DNA from: Schmidtea polychroa
Lineage: Eukaryota
NCBI GenBank assembly: GCA_044892525.1
Contig: CM097886.1
Span: 34,410,001-34,474,000 of the forward strand
Length of the DNA: 64,000 nt
Reading direction: 5' to 3'
A model generated the notes under the pieces. That model ran no database searches. It saw only the letters and a program-made list of their open reading frames with translations, and was not told the origin of the DNA. Of this stretch, positions 22,701-30,107 are shown piece after piece (the stretch's first letter is position 1; each line of letters begins with the position of its first letter). Made by a program: the position numbers and the translations under genes.

Positions 22701-25700
22701 TATCGTTATTTCTTAGCCACTCATTCCATTCATCTATTATTTTATCGGTTTGACCTTCTGATGTTACTTTCGTTGGTTCTCTTTGCTTCTGGAATTGTTC
22801 ATCCGTTTCGGTTTCCGTAGTGTTGTCGATGATTTCTTTGATGTTTAGTTTCGTTGGTTGTTGATAACTCGTTGATGGCTGGTTATTAGTCCATAGTTCA
22901 GCTCCTGTCGGCCATCTCACTAATAGCGGTGATCTTTCTCCTGGTTCATCATCGCTGTCTTCGAGGATAATCTCTTCGACTTCTTCAGTTTCATTGGATT
23001 TACTTGGTGCTTTGTTCGGACTTGGAGTACTCAAGCTGCCTTTTGTTGGTTTATTAATTTTGCTTTTCCTTTTCAACGGTTTTCCCAACGTTTCCGCCAT
23101 TGTTAACACATTCGTCTCTTCCAATCTCATGGGTGTTATTCCGACGTCTGCATTATCGTCTAGTGATTTTCCGAATAGTTGCAGATGGAATGGAGTTTCA
23201 TATGCTAATTTCTTTTTTAATTCTCTAATCTTTGTTGTTGGATGCACCTCTAGTTCCTTGATGCTCTTGTCCGGATACTTGATTCGGATGTGATACCTCT
23301 CCTGAGTGTCTTGTGCCCATTCCTGATTTCTCCATTTTCGAATAATTTGTTCTAGCTGTTCTGGATACAATTCATTATATTGCCGGTATTCCTCTATTGC
23401 CTTTGCCGTTCCTCTCAGATTGTGGATGTTCTCTGATGTCTTTAAGATGATGTTAGCCAACGCTACTACTTGGCGTTTTTGATTTTTCGCTCCCATTGCT
23501 AAGATATCGCCTAATTGTTTATATCTTTCTTTCTCTTCTCGTTCTCTTGCTTCCGTCGCTTCCTCGCCGTCCATATCAGCATATTCACGTTCCTTTTTCC
23601 TCATTGCATGAATATGTCTCGCTTCATTTTCGCTTTCTGATGTGACATCCGTCTCGCCTTCGTCATCTGATGTCTGTTCCCTTGCTTCCTCTTCATATTC
23701 TGGAGGTTCCTCTTCTTCTTCCTCCGATTCACTTTCTGTTTCACCAATGTCTGTTTCTACGAAGATTCCTTTCCGGATTTCCCATTCCTTATTTTCTGTA
23801 TTCCACACTCTTTCCCATGGGGTTCGTCTGCAGGATCTGGTACTTAGTTTTGTGATTTTTCCTTGTAATTCCTTTTCTTTTAACCATTGTTGGTGGATTT
23901 CGATTATTTCTGTAGATTTTTGATATAACGTTTTCATCCGGTCTCGTATTTCTTTTTGATATGTTACATCTCTTGTTCGAAATTCATCCATTGGTACTAT
24001 CCTGATTATCTGATGATTGTCCCACATACCCATTTCGCTTAACGAGGTGTCGTCTTCCGCTCGTAATATTATTTTATCGTACATCATGACTACATCATCT
24101 ACCATACCATCACCACTTTCGCTACGTACCTTTTCCGTTATCTCTTGGTTTATCTTTGATACCAAGTCATCCACTGTACTCTGATTGCTCATTTTTATTC
24201 GTCGTTTTTCTTCGTTCGGTAACCATATGGTTATTTCCAACCTCTGTGGCTGGGTTTCTTTTAACCTTCCATATTTGTGGATCAAATTTATGGTTCTCCA
24301 ATCACTCATTCGGAGCATTTCTGTATCTCGCAACCGGCTCATTAGTTCGTACATGGCTGGGGCTCGCCTGGTGATGAGTAAATCCCAGTTGTCTTCTACT
24401 TGTTCTTGAATTTGTTTGATCAGCTTATCCAGGTTTCGTCTCAGAGTACATTGTTTTATTTGTTCTAATTTCAATTTGATATTAAAATCATATTCTGCCT
24501 TGGCATCTTTAGCCCAATCGTAAAGGTTGGCTGGTTGTTTTTCTTTATGCAACTTCAGTATTTGCGTTTCTCCTGGCCATATTAGTGCATCTACTAAGTG
24601 CATATCTGGTTTGATCTGTTCTCCTTGGTATTGATACAGATATTCTTTCTTTCTCGAACTTCCCAAATGTTCTCGTATCCAATCGAAAAGTTCGTCGGTG
24701 ACTGTACTTTTGATCCACATTCTTTCAAGTCCTCTGCTCGTTCCGATTTTTATTACATACCGCGTGGTATCGGCCTGCTTCATTTTTTCCATATACTTTT
24801 TTATAATTGATTTTTCCTCGTTTGGTATTAGATCTTTCTCGTTTCTTTCCAATTTCATCACTTTTTGTACGAATCGTCTGAATGGTATTATATCGATGAA
24901 CTCTTGATTCCTCACTACTACTGGGAGTATTTCAGCTACTTGTTTTATCGCTTCCTCCCTCTCTTTTCTCAACTTTATTTCGATATCCTCGTCTTCACTT
25001 TCGCTGGTTATCTCGCTTTCGCCTTCTTCCTCTTTGATTTCCCCTTTTGGAGGTTCGCTTATTTCATTTAGCTGTAGTATTTCTCCACCCAAACTACTTA
25101 CATAGTCTTCTTCTTCGTCTGACGATGCTACATCTTTTGTCCTTTTCATCATATTGATTTGCAAATTTCTTATCCTTGGTACTCTCTTTAGTTTCTTTCT
25201 TTCGAATATCGTTGTTTCTTCTGATTCTAATTCTTGTAGCATTTGGTGGTTTAGTTGACTGGTTTGTTCCTTGCTCTTGTTATTTTCGTCTTCTGTCTCA
25301 GTTTTCGCTTTATTATGTTCTTTTTCGATTTTATCTTTTATCTTTTTCCAGAATATTTTCTGAATTCTCTGGTTTCCTTTTAAAATCGTGGTTGAATTCT
25401 CTGTTTTCATTTCCGTTGTTGTTTCTTTTACCTTTTCTGGTTCCGTCCTGGGTACTACCCTTGGGTTTTTCCCGTAATTGTAGCAATACTGGCTCTTCAT
25501 GTCTTTTACTAACTTCATCATATTTATTCGCAATGGTTGTTCTTGTCGTTGTTGGTTGCGTTCTTGTTTTATCCTCTCTTCCTCGGCCTGTAGTCTTTGC
25601 CATTCTTGTACATGTTGATGCACTTCATAATTGTTGAGATTTTCGGTACTCCTCATCATACGTATGTTCTGGGTTTGTTGTGGTGCTGGTTCTTGTCTTG

Positions 25701-26757
25701 GTCTCATCATTTGTTGCATCATCTGTTTCATCTGCGAGATTTCCTGCATAACGTTCATTTGTTTTCCTTCGCTAGGGTTACTTTGTCGTTGCGGATTCGC
25801 CATATAATTATTATTTCGCTGTGGTGGTCGTTGTTGTTGGCCCCTTTCTCGGCAATCTCTGGAGATGTGACCTGGCTGACCACAGTTAAAACAACCTCTC
25901 AATTGGCATACATTTTCGGTATGTCCACGCCGTCCGCAACAATTACAATTTGAATTTCTATAACAATCTCTGTCCCAGTGTCCTGGTTTACCGCATGTTC
26001 GGCACTGCTTGTTATCGTTCATATTTCGTCGATTACTAAAATTGTTCTCATTATTCAGGTTGTTACGATTACCATTATTCCCATTTGATCGTCCTTGTGG
26101 TGGTTTGAAAATTTGATGCGCTCCTGGTATAAATTGATTCATTTTTGGTTCCTGGTTGTTATTATCTCCATTATCCGTTTTTACTTTGGCTGTCGCTATC
26201 CTCCCATCCTCTTGCATGATGTTCATTTGTGCTGGGAGGTGGAGTTCGCACCTCGTAGCCCAATCTATGGCCTCCTCTAACGTTGTACACATCTGACAGC
26301 CTACAGATGCTCTTACTTCTTCTCGGCGTAATCCCTCTATGAAATAGCCGATCAAATTTTCTTCTGGCAATTTCCCATTCATTGCTTTCTTTGCCAATCT
26401 CCGCAATTCGCTGGCATATAACGTGATGGATTCATTTGCTCTTTGTTTCCTATTTGCTAGTTCGCCGAGTGCTTGATTTATTGGTTTGCTAGCTCCGAAA
26501 GTTTTCTTCAGGAATGTTTTGATATCGTCCCATTTATCTAATTTCGTATTTCTTTCTTTAGCCTCTAAATACACTTCTAATGCGCTATCGCACAAAAACA
26601 ACGGCATCCTTTTACTAACTGCTTCGGATGTCCATCCGCACACATCGATATAAACTTCGAAGTTGGTTATGAACGTTGCTAACTTGTTTGCATTTCCGTT
26701 GAACGGTTCTCCTCTGAACTTCTCTTTATACTCGTCGGTTTTTACGACATTCGTCAT
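13705..26757 (-). CDS. 4,350-aa Gag-(Ubl)3-Bcl2-like-Env-PR-RT-RH-INT-ankyrin polyprotein
   Basis: Single uninterrupted frame. CCHC knuckles 25852-26004; protease DTG at 19527-19519; RT YIDD at about 18309-18298; RNase H TDASG / TDHQPL; integrase HHCC plus MDVVGP / TDQGTNF / TERFN; ankyrin TPLH/TPLM motifs. Confidence 0.96.
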   Translation of the reverse strand: MTNVVKTDEYKEKFRGEPFNGNANKLATFITNFEVYIDVCGWTSEAVSKRMPLFLCDSALEVYLEAKERNTKLDKWDDIKTFLKKTFGASKPINQALGELANRKQRANESITLYASELRRLAKKAMNGKLPEENLIGYFIEGLRREEVRASVGCQMCTTLEEAIDWATRCELHLPAQMNIMQEDGRIATAKVKTDNGDNNNQEPKMNQFIPGAHQIFKPPQGRSNGNNGNRNNLNNENNFSNRRNMNDNKQCRTCGKPGHWDRDCYRNSNCNCCGRRGHTENVCQLRGCFNCGQPGHISRDCRERGQQQRPPQRNNNYMANPQRQSNPSEGKQMNVMQEISQMKQMMQQMMRPRQEPAPQQTQNIRMMRSTENLNNYEVHQHVQEWQRLQAEEERIKQERNQQRQEQPLRINMMKLVKDMKSQYCYNYGKNPRVVPRTEPEKVKETTTEMKTENSTTILKGNQRIQKIFWKKIKDKIEKEHNKAKTETEDENNKSKEQTSQLNHQMLQELESEETTIFERKKLKRVPRIRNLQINMMKRTKDVASSDEEEDYVSSLGGEILQLNEISEPPKGEIKEEEGESEITSESEDEDIEIKLRKEREEAIKQVAEILPVVVRNQEFIDIIPFRRFVQKVMKLERNEKDLIPNEEKSIIKKYMEKMKQADTTRYVIKIGTSRGLERMWIKSTVTDELFDWIREHLGSSRKKEYLYQYQGEQIKPDMHLVDALIWPGETQILKLHKEKQPANLYDWAKDAKAEYDFNIKLKLEQIKQCTLRRNLDKLIKQIQEQVEDNWDLLITRRAPAMYELMSRLRDTEMLRMSDWRTINLIHKYGRLKETQPQRLEITIWLPNEEKRRIKMSNQSTVDDLVSKINQEITEKVRSESGDGMVDDVVMMYDKIILRAEDDTSLSEMGMWDNHQIIRIVPMDEFRTRDVTYQKEIRDRMKTLYQKSTEIIEIHQQWLKEKELQGKITKLSTRSCRRTPWERVWNTENKEWEIRKGIFVETDIGETESESEEEEEEPPEYEEEAREQTSDDEGETDVTSESENEARHIHAMRKKEREYADMDGEEATEAREREEKERYKQLGDILAMGAKNQKRQVVALANIILKTSENIHNLRGTAKAIEEYRQYNELYPEQLEQIIRKWRNQEWAQDTQERYHIRIKYPDKSIKELEVHPTTKIRELKKKLAYETPFHLQLFGKSLDDNADVGITPMRLEETNVLTMAETLGKPLKRKSKINKPTKGSLSTPSPNKAPSKSNETEEVEEIILEDSDDEPGERSPLLVRWPTGAELWTNNQPSTSYQQPTKLNIKEIIDNTTETETDEQFQKQREPTKVTSEGQTDKIIDEWNEWLRNNDSSLPRTDNERNPNYENTREAGTMMEKRAKGRPKKQGEKSEFKTKEQLKQEQGQVRLEKLDKIVWDLKEAQPTIERGEKWIRELIKDMLIITNPQLRRLWQRKVASTEARQLWHIVSGTIPKLIKEKTKTTKTDWDETKRVIEQLTTNANDDEHHLVVITYLMYNLMGLAARKIPNKQFANHVEMTVSVIENTIEPHIIRAGGWKRLIQAPRKNEQERSMQVRLKKLLNELEWELPMKDPASRKASINSLMMTMMIWMLCTSGATGFTIYDCDNMIMRDKYSLRDIEECRQASPNKLDIVRTKVTYHVYQESDFIRTQARECVVSKKVLAYYCGQYSYSTLILPGLDKEIVSIQREDCKELFRTGALKMHNGVTIHGQTGMIKTESVYVSGKVKSSDGSCNGGTYTIRGEVISGVVVIESYTVELKEYEAQFDANNYQMKTNPACRATENVCRTGVSTIIYEANTQKCRLQLLKSALFNEVKGEIYENENDEDGNDRVRMRNGKPMPPSPREKRLSTQKTPTALITDDPDLGMRFIKEKETTKCDSIVYKTNYAGIYMSRQIIDRAVGKIATEDVKLYLYANNKMDFLFHRGQTTLQKVYYDLIQNDCSLNKEILKTKLAIAITHPDNTMPSLPLPDGHFGRMVGEVMYTYQCTKTYARMPEKSILPEKRCANELEIRYKGQNRFVQPVTRIMNPVGFYPNLFNCSNAYGPLYERPDGKWMMLPGKTISEEPKKFGLIELATELDFKPIDVSNGGMYSPEDLETARLNVLFPARRESILSNMVTITGGTNYQSGPNYELLLSPDHFQQATSNMMKAMWGRFLVFGQMMAGILGIILIIQIVRVILTQMLACFDIYKREKKVNWKMIVGFLPFLAKTMVLHGHSKDIHRIKRLIKILTKIKGTDEEVGRRFRKVMYDEATRRQLKKNKPKFLDRFRSQSSNSDSDDDDNGNDKCLYPNRNPNEKPVETAPYWEKEKTNTWIANGSYISPDIVGPQAALTMTQNMYPQLPSQPGMHYMPTRRTKSVDQADDVRTIAAMSLPGGPAVTVMIQINGKETNAMIDTGANVSVIAINQIPSKHWKDIESTTIHIIACSKETVDVVGRWWTTLRYQDNEIETYLAVIPKLSVPCIIGTDLMPELLKEVVIDLTTMCLKDKTGRICKMNAIIRCPEKIVVPAKSQMICQIKVDTGMEGEVIFEPSKSFEKRRELPLAREIITINQEGVIPLNITNFEEEDKIIYENEKLGRLTPLMDIELPKVTNEMIKDDELWTIDSMLLTNDEKKKLHRLLVEYKDIFAISDLDLGTCDVTLHAIPLIDETPIALRPYKLAEMQKEIAEAEVQKMLDAKVIEPSCSPWQFPVVMVKKKDGTQRFCIDYRKLNAVTKRDTYPLPDINEMLLMLQGTAYFTSLDLKSGYWQIKVKDEDKEKTAFTLGRDLYQFRKMPFGLTNAPASFQRCMNFVTHGIKQCMVYIDDLLIYSATFEQHLEDIRNVFIRLRQWKLKLKPSKCDWAKEKVTFLGHIVSAKGKEPDPRNIEKIKTCPAPKTVTQVQEFLGLCGYYRKFIKNYAGIAKPIQELVKKDISFIWEKEQQQAFETLRDKLIEAPILVHPDFKKPFLLATDASGYAAGAILGQLDDEGKERVIGYYSRTFKKHEKNYSVTEREALAIIQAIKHFRYLLWGHEICITTDHQPLVWLGQHKEASSRLMRWAMQLQEYSPFIKFKAGRANANADCMSRFIFPDLVDSEMQRICLIVAEDLDFCQLRKDQQEDAELKQIIDYVKTGKTDVYAKDQKLKEHMDKHRHRYIIEKDWLLIMDGEKRLMCIPENRRKELLTQYHDGRLGGHMSSKKTLARMKQKYFWPTLTEDVTEWVKNCLTCATRKNTGSKWKAPLTPMPVPIEPMTMISMDVVGPLPESDRGNVYILVITDFLTKFPEAFAMPDQKAKTIAKILVEEICCRYGTPKQILTDQGTNFMSEIMSEVTNYFKIAKLRTSPYHPQTNGMTERFNGTLIQMLSNYVDRHQRDWDEYINLCLMAYRMSIHASTKMSPFKLMYGRECNMPMDLEYQPPISQYMEIDDYVTKFKERMQEIWETAGLNIKFYQESYKDLHDRKKNVKQHTFQTGDWVMIETPELIPGTTRKLQRNGKGPYEILFVGETNVRVKLINNPFTRPIYVNVARCKPIPKTATSHPEGRTLTTRSQTYRMNMMQQLAEPITGRLGIQPSEAEKIVREVKIKLPGWAKDRLDFEILGGLLTMIENYANRERTHPLLRVVKSQWPILFTITDHYGDTPLHKLMKVGNNEQILETIEAFHDCKRSTEQENTQGYTPLMIAANRGKTKDIITALLDTGSKITTQDRERKNALHHAIEGKSTEAFTSLMELLSYEDNQEVGNMYGGLLTATKEKLTTITGILITWRNPIKNDYMINVNEAFTRGENTLMREAMKGHHLFEIPNQLLERGIKFTNHKDEQLAKKRIDTFEKSIFQFTNQVRNKYWETVSVLYMMDTMNNLHENYLDIIQILTAEERINNPNGKKTKIRYGKSREPKSTVTNNVIETKSMSIDQEAIICKAKEVFFEEMLELSDEIILSKIIKAVHTYARDQTTGLDIEKIKTFLPRAFAMTTKDSRTPLQQAILSAKENRAITIMRILREMGEETNTKNEQGETAMMYAAITKIHPKTLHILHQSGSRLDEKSNEGNSTLDWATIQPNLEMIRFICKNATKEEIENMCKNTSQFQWNTVRKNLEAMKLLVTWRIPQSNKYAININEFYENGENAMVKNTLTKGGTPKIILIVLNREDLKFTQNKSEQQRIGKHRRIQLRELVKEWNRKRHAATGRKEFEFEAKLAKNRVLTAYRRLLDDINVEDDILNDSGGDKHDDNDGKGRKEDKGKREPEEDKPENKELDTKREGNSPGTKTKEEEKPNNGKQRVCLPFTNKEIETNMILMIIMLTMIELVTAHGGTRTIKETKEAENQDGKEDELKQEKKKQAQEQLGFKGRMGLKGKVHTRKMHV
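14580..15880 (-). other. Ankyrin-repeat domains (two blocks) at the polyprotein C-terminus
   Basis: GDTPLHKLM, GYTPLMIAA, KNALHHAI; SRTPLQQAI, GETAMMYAA, GNSTLDWAT. Confidence 0.88.
16190..17240 (-). other. Integrase domain (HHCC, DDE core, GPY/F-like)
   Basis: YHDGRLGGH..CLTC; SMDVVGPL; ILTDQGTNF; PQTNGMTERFN; GKGPYEI. Confidence 0.95.
17500..18800 (-). other. Reverse transcriptase and RNase H domains
   Basis: SPWQFPVVMVKKKDG..FCIDYRKLN; LDLKSGYWQI; MPFGLTNAPASFQR; YIDD; LATDASGYAAGAILGQ; EREALAI. Confidence 0.97.
19230..19580 (-). other. Aspartic protease domain
   Basis: NAMIDTGANVSVI and a downstream IIGTDL motif. Confidence 0.93.
20060..21960 (-). other. Envelope glycoprotein domain (chuvirus/Jingchuvirales-type) with signal peptide and TM anchor
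   Basis: Signal-like LMMTMMIWMLCTSGATG then FTIYDC..YSLRDIEEC; YCGQYS; CNGGTY; NNKMDFL; NDCSLNKEIL; GEVMYTYQC; CANELEI..FVQPVTRI; TM FLVFGQMMAGILGIILIIQIVRVIL. Confidence 0.82.
22078..22521 (-). other. Bcl-2-like domain (BH2-like motif)
   Basis: IEPHIIRAGGWKRL aligns by eye to Bcl-xL BH2 LEPWIQENGGWDTF, with Bcl-2-like helix spacing upstream. BH1 NWGR is not conserved. Confidence 0.55.
23098..24762 (-). other. Three ubiquitin-like domains (about 24547-24762, 23992-24243, 23098-23298)
   Basis: Beta-grasp pattern, clearest in RYHIRIKYPDKSIKELEVHPTTKIRELKKKL..LQLFGKSLDDN. Confidence 0.6.
25852..26757 (-). other. Gag capsid-like region and three CCHC zinc knuckles
   Basis: FNG..FITNFE..W..; QRANESITLYASELRRLA; CRTCGKPGHWDRDC, CNCCGRRGHTENVC, CFNCGQPGHISRDC. 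Confidence 0.92.
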
Positions 26758-28071
26758 GATTGGTGTTCTAGATTCGTCTGTTTCTTTTAAATTGTCTAAC
26801 GATGTGACTAAACTTTGGGCTGATAATTCCTCGGTTGATGTTGCTAAACTGTTAGTTATGTCGGACAGACTTTCTCTGCTTCGAGATCGACTAGGGGTGT
26901 ATCCGAGATTTTCTTGGTCAAATATAGGTACTTGATTAGTTCTTCTTGATCCTTGTGATATTCCTCTTTGATGTTTAATAGATCGTCCTCTTTTGAGTTG
27001 TTGTAATTCGTCTCCTGAAAATAATACGTCTCCTGGCTTACTTGAAGATCTAAGATTGGGTTTATCCGTGATTCCTTTCTTACGCTTCTTGGTAATTAGC
27101 GGCTACTGAATCGGACGAGTTCGGATCTGATTGCGTTTCTAGTCCTTGGCAGATGGCTGCTAATACTATGAGGTTGAATATATCGGTGATTCGTTCGAAG
27201 TTGGAGATGTCGCTATCTGTATCTTCTTCCGTTCTGGAGTCTTCCGGTTGCTGTGTCTCTCGGTGCGGGTTCTGAATGGGTTTATTCTTGGTCGGTTGCT
27301 GGTTACTTCGAATTCCTTTTGTGCAGGTTCTGGATTGGCTTGATTGGCTGGCTTGAGTTGATATCTAAAATGAAAAAATGATCTCGTGTTGCATCTGCTT
27401 ACACGACTTCATCATTCTTTCTGCAAAATTCAAACACAGACACCTTTTAGGTTCTGTTTATGCTTCCCCTATTTTTTATGCAATTACTTCCGCGGGTTAT
27501 AATCTCCCATCAGCCCGAATTTTTCGTCGATTTTAAATTATCTATATGGGGTAGTAACAATTATCTATCGAGTCGCAATAATTATCTATTTTTTATCACT
27601 TATAATATGAATAGGTCGTTGTCGGTCACTACTTATTACCCCCCTTTCATTTTCCTAATCCCTTTGCGCTGTGGTCGCTATTTTACTTTTCATATTTACT
27701 ATTATTCGCTCGGTTCTACTCTGGAACCAATAAAATGCATTTTCCCGATTTAACCAAAAACAAAATATTTCGTGGGGTTTCTCTACTTCACTGGGATCCC
27801 TTTAATTAGTTAGTTACTTTCCTCTTTACTCATTATCATCATTTCACCTATTCTTTGTTTTCCATTATCTCTTTAATTCATTTCCTTCTTCCCCTTCCTT
27901 TTTCATTATAATCCTATCCTCCTTTCCACGAGCTCGTTTATTTCTTCTCTAAACTCAAATTTTCGTAATTACATTCAATTTGCTTCTAGCTAGCTTTAAT
28001 ATTCCATTTCACTATTAATTTACATATTATCTCATTGTAGCTTGACTGCTATCTCTCGCTTTTCTAGGCCT

Positions 28072-28257
28072 TTACGACTGGCTGGCACTATTCAACAGCT
28101 CAATCTTCTTCCTTCTGACCGGTTGGACTATTCAACAACTCGATCTTACGACTGGCTGGCACTATTCAACAGCTCAATCTTCTTCCTTCTGACCGGTTGG
28201 ACTATTCAACAACTCGATCTTACGACTGGCTGGCACTATTCAACAGCTCAATCTTCT
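28072..28257. repeat. Tandem repeat, 74-bp unit x about 2.5, in the element 5' internal region
   Basis: TTACGACTGGCTGGCAC.. recurs at 28072, 28146 and 28220; each unit holds two related CTATTCAACA-based subunits. Confidence 0.95.
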
Positions 28258-28812
28258 AATATTCCCCACTCTGCATGCTTCTACTTCTCTTTTCCTCTTT
28301 TACCCTGAATTATTATTTTCTCTGTCTCTACTTTTAATTTGTCGACTTGATCTTTACCGCTTGAGAGTGTTTCCCCTTTCCCCCCTTGCTCAAAACGCAC
28401 GACGATCGCGATGATCCATTTCCACATTGGCATGGTGATCAGTCATGTCGTAAAAACTTCTCATCATATGCGATGGTACCCCGCCCTACGCTCCTCACTT
28501 GGGTTGATCGGTTACCCCCTCCCAATGGGTTGCTTTGATGATAGGACGTACCGCCCGAAGGTGGCTCATTTTGTACTCTTATATCCTATATTGGGACTAA
28601 TTCCACGTTAAATTTATTTTTCTCCATTTGATCTCACAAAAAAAAAATATAATTAACCGAGATAAAATATTCAATTCACAACACAACTTTTATTAATCAT
28701 GAAACTAAGACTAAACATTAATGCTACTTTACACTTAAAATTACATACATTCATCTTTAACCGTCATTATTGATCCGATACACATACACATTAATACATC
28801 TTTTTAGTCCTT

Positions 28813-29298
28813 TTAATCACCGTAATAAACCATATGGGTTTCTTTTATCTCATGTTTGCATATGGTACATCGTTTCAGGTCTTGTGCGCATTCTTCACAA
28901 TGACTGAGGTGTCCACAAGGCAAGAACAGTACGCGAATAGGACGAAGTTTACAAGCAAGGCAAGTTCGTAATAGGGTCAGTTTTTCGTGTATTTTTCGCT
29001 CGATTGTATCTGATATGGTACTTAATGGATCTTTTATACGTTGATAATCAAGATTTAATGTTGGGTGGTTCAATCTCTCTTGATACCATTGATACACGGT
29101 TTCAGGGTTTATCTTCCCCTCTGGGTGACTTAGTCCTGCGGCTAATAACATGTGGTTGGGGACGACTGGTGTTTGCCCGATTGCTTGGAGTAGTATGATG
29201 TTAATTCTTTCTCTCTTTTGTGTCAGCGTTTTAAGGGAGTCATCCTCGATGTTTACGAAGTTGCTTAGTTGTTGTATCTGGTCCACGAATTCCGTCAT
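28813..29298 (-). CDS. 161-aa protein with C-terminal IAP/MDM2-type RING finger, element-borne, upstream of gag
   Basis: CLACKLRPIRVLFLPCGHLSHCEECAQDLKRCTICKHEI at the C-terminus; no BIR seen. TTTTTTTTAG|ACATG start context; AATAAA plus GT-rich tract near 28690. Confidence 0.85.
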   Translation of the reverse strand: MTEFVDQIQQLSNFVNIEDDSLKTLTQKRERINIILLQAIGQTPVVPNHMLLAAGLSHPEGKINPETVYQWYQERLNHPTLNLDYQRIKDPLSTISDTIERKIHEKLTLLRTCLACKLRPIRVLFLPCGHLSHCEECAQDLKRCTICKHEIKETHMVYYGD

Positions 29299-30107
29299 GT
29301 CTAAAAAAAATGTTTTAGTCTTACATAACTAATTAGTGGTTGTTTCATCAAACCCTTTCCTTTTAAATCGTTATAATTTATTTTATTTTTATCTTATTTC
29401 CCCCTTATTAAATTTACTTTAGTTATACATTTAATTTTATCATAATTTCATAATAAGACTCGATAAGCATTAGACAATTTGCGCTCGTCAATCCATTGAC
29501 ATCGATCCTCTCGGTGAGTTCACATTGCCCCCAAAAATCATGCTGGGGTAGTGCTCGATTGACCTCAACTCATTTACGCACCTGTCTAGGAGATGAGTGT
29601 CCATTCATTTACGCTAAGTGTGCTTACGTCAATCCGGAGCAAGACCCCGCACAACTTGTATTCCAACATAGCACCCGTGAATTACTCCACGTTGGAAATG
29701 TGCTATGCCGGCGAGACACCAGTAAGCAGGTGAGCCCCTACCTTAGGACTACTCCTTACTGAGGCCTCGACTTCCTTTTTCTGACGGCCGATGGAAGGGC
29801 TTACGTCTGATCACTCCACCATTTCCTTCCCCACCTGACACCGAGTTGTATACAGATTGTCTAAGGCTTTTCGAACTAAAGTTTGCGCTTGGGTTGTAAA
29901 AACTACTCTGCACCTTTATAATGGCTAATCAAACAAAACTAACAATAAGAAATGACGAAAATTCCTTTATTCTACTATCATAGTGCGTTATACAGTTAAA
30001 ACTACAGGACTAATATAAATCAAGGGAAGACGGTTTACGAGAACATATAAGTCAGAATCGTTCAATTTACTAAACATGATCGATGTAGTTGCATTGGATC
30101 GAGATCT

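Noticed and set aside
8153-26935. Many plus-strand and alternate-frame ORFs of 60-150 aa overlapping the element genes
   Set aside because: F/S/L-rich antisense shadows of the purine-rich coding strand.
27080-27085. GCG-TAA-G as a Ty3-like +1 frameshift joining the upstream frame to Gag
   Set aside because: The same junction is explained more simply by a 34-nt GTAAGA..CTTAG intron, and the upstream frame has no ATG without splicing; kept only as an alternative.
28072-28257. CRISPR-like appearance of the tandem array
   Set aside because: Units are identical with no unique spacers, context is eukaryotic, and no cas genes are present.
29527-29533. tRNA-Pro primer binding site
   Set aside because: Only TGGGGGC matches and it is offset 7 nt from the LTR; too short to call.
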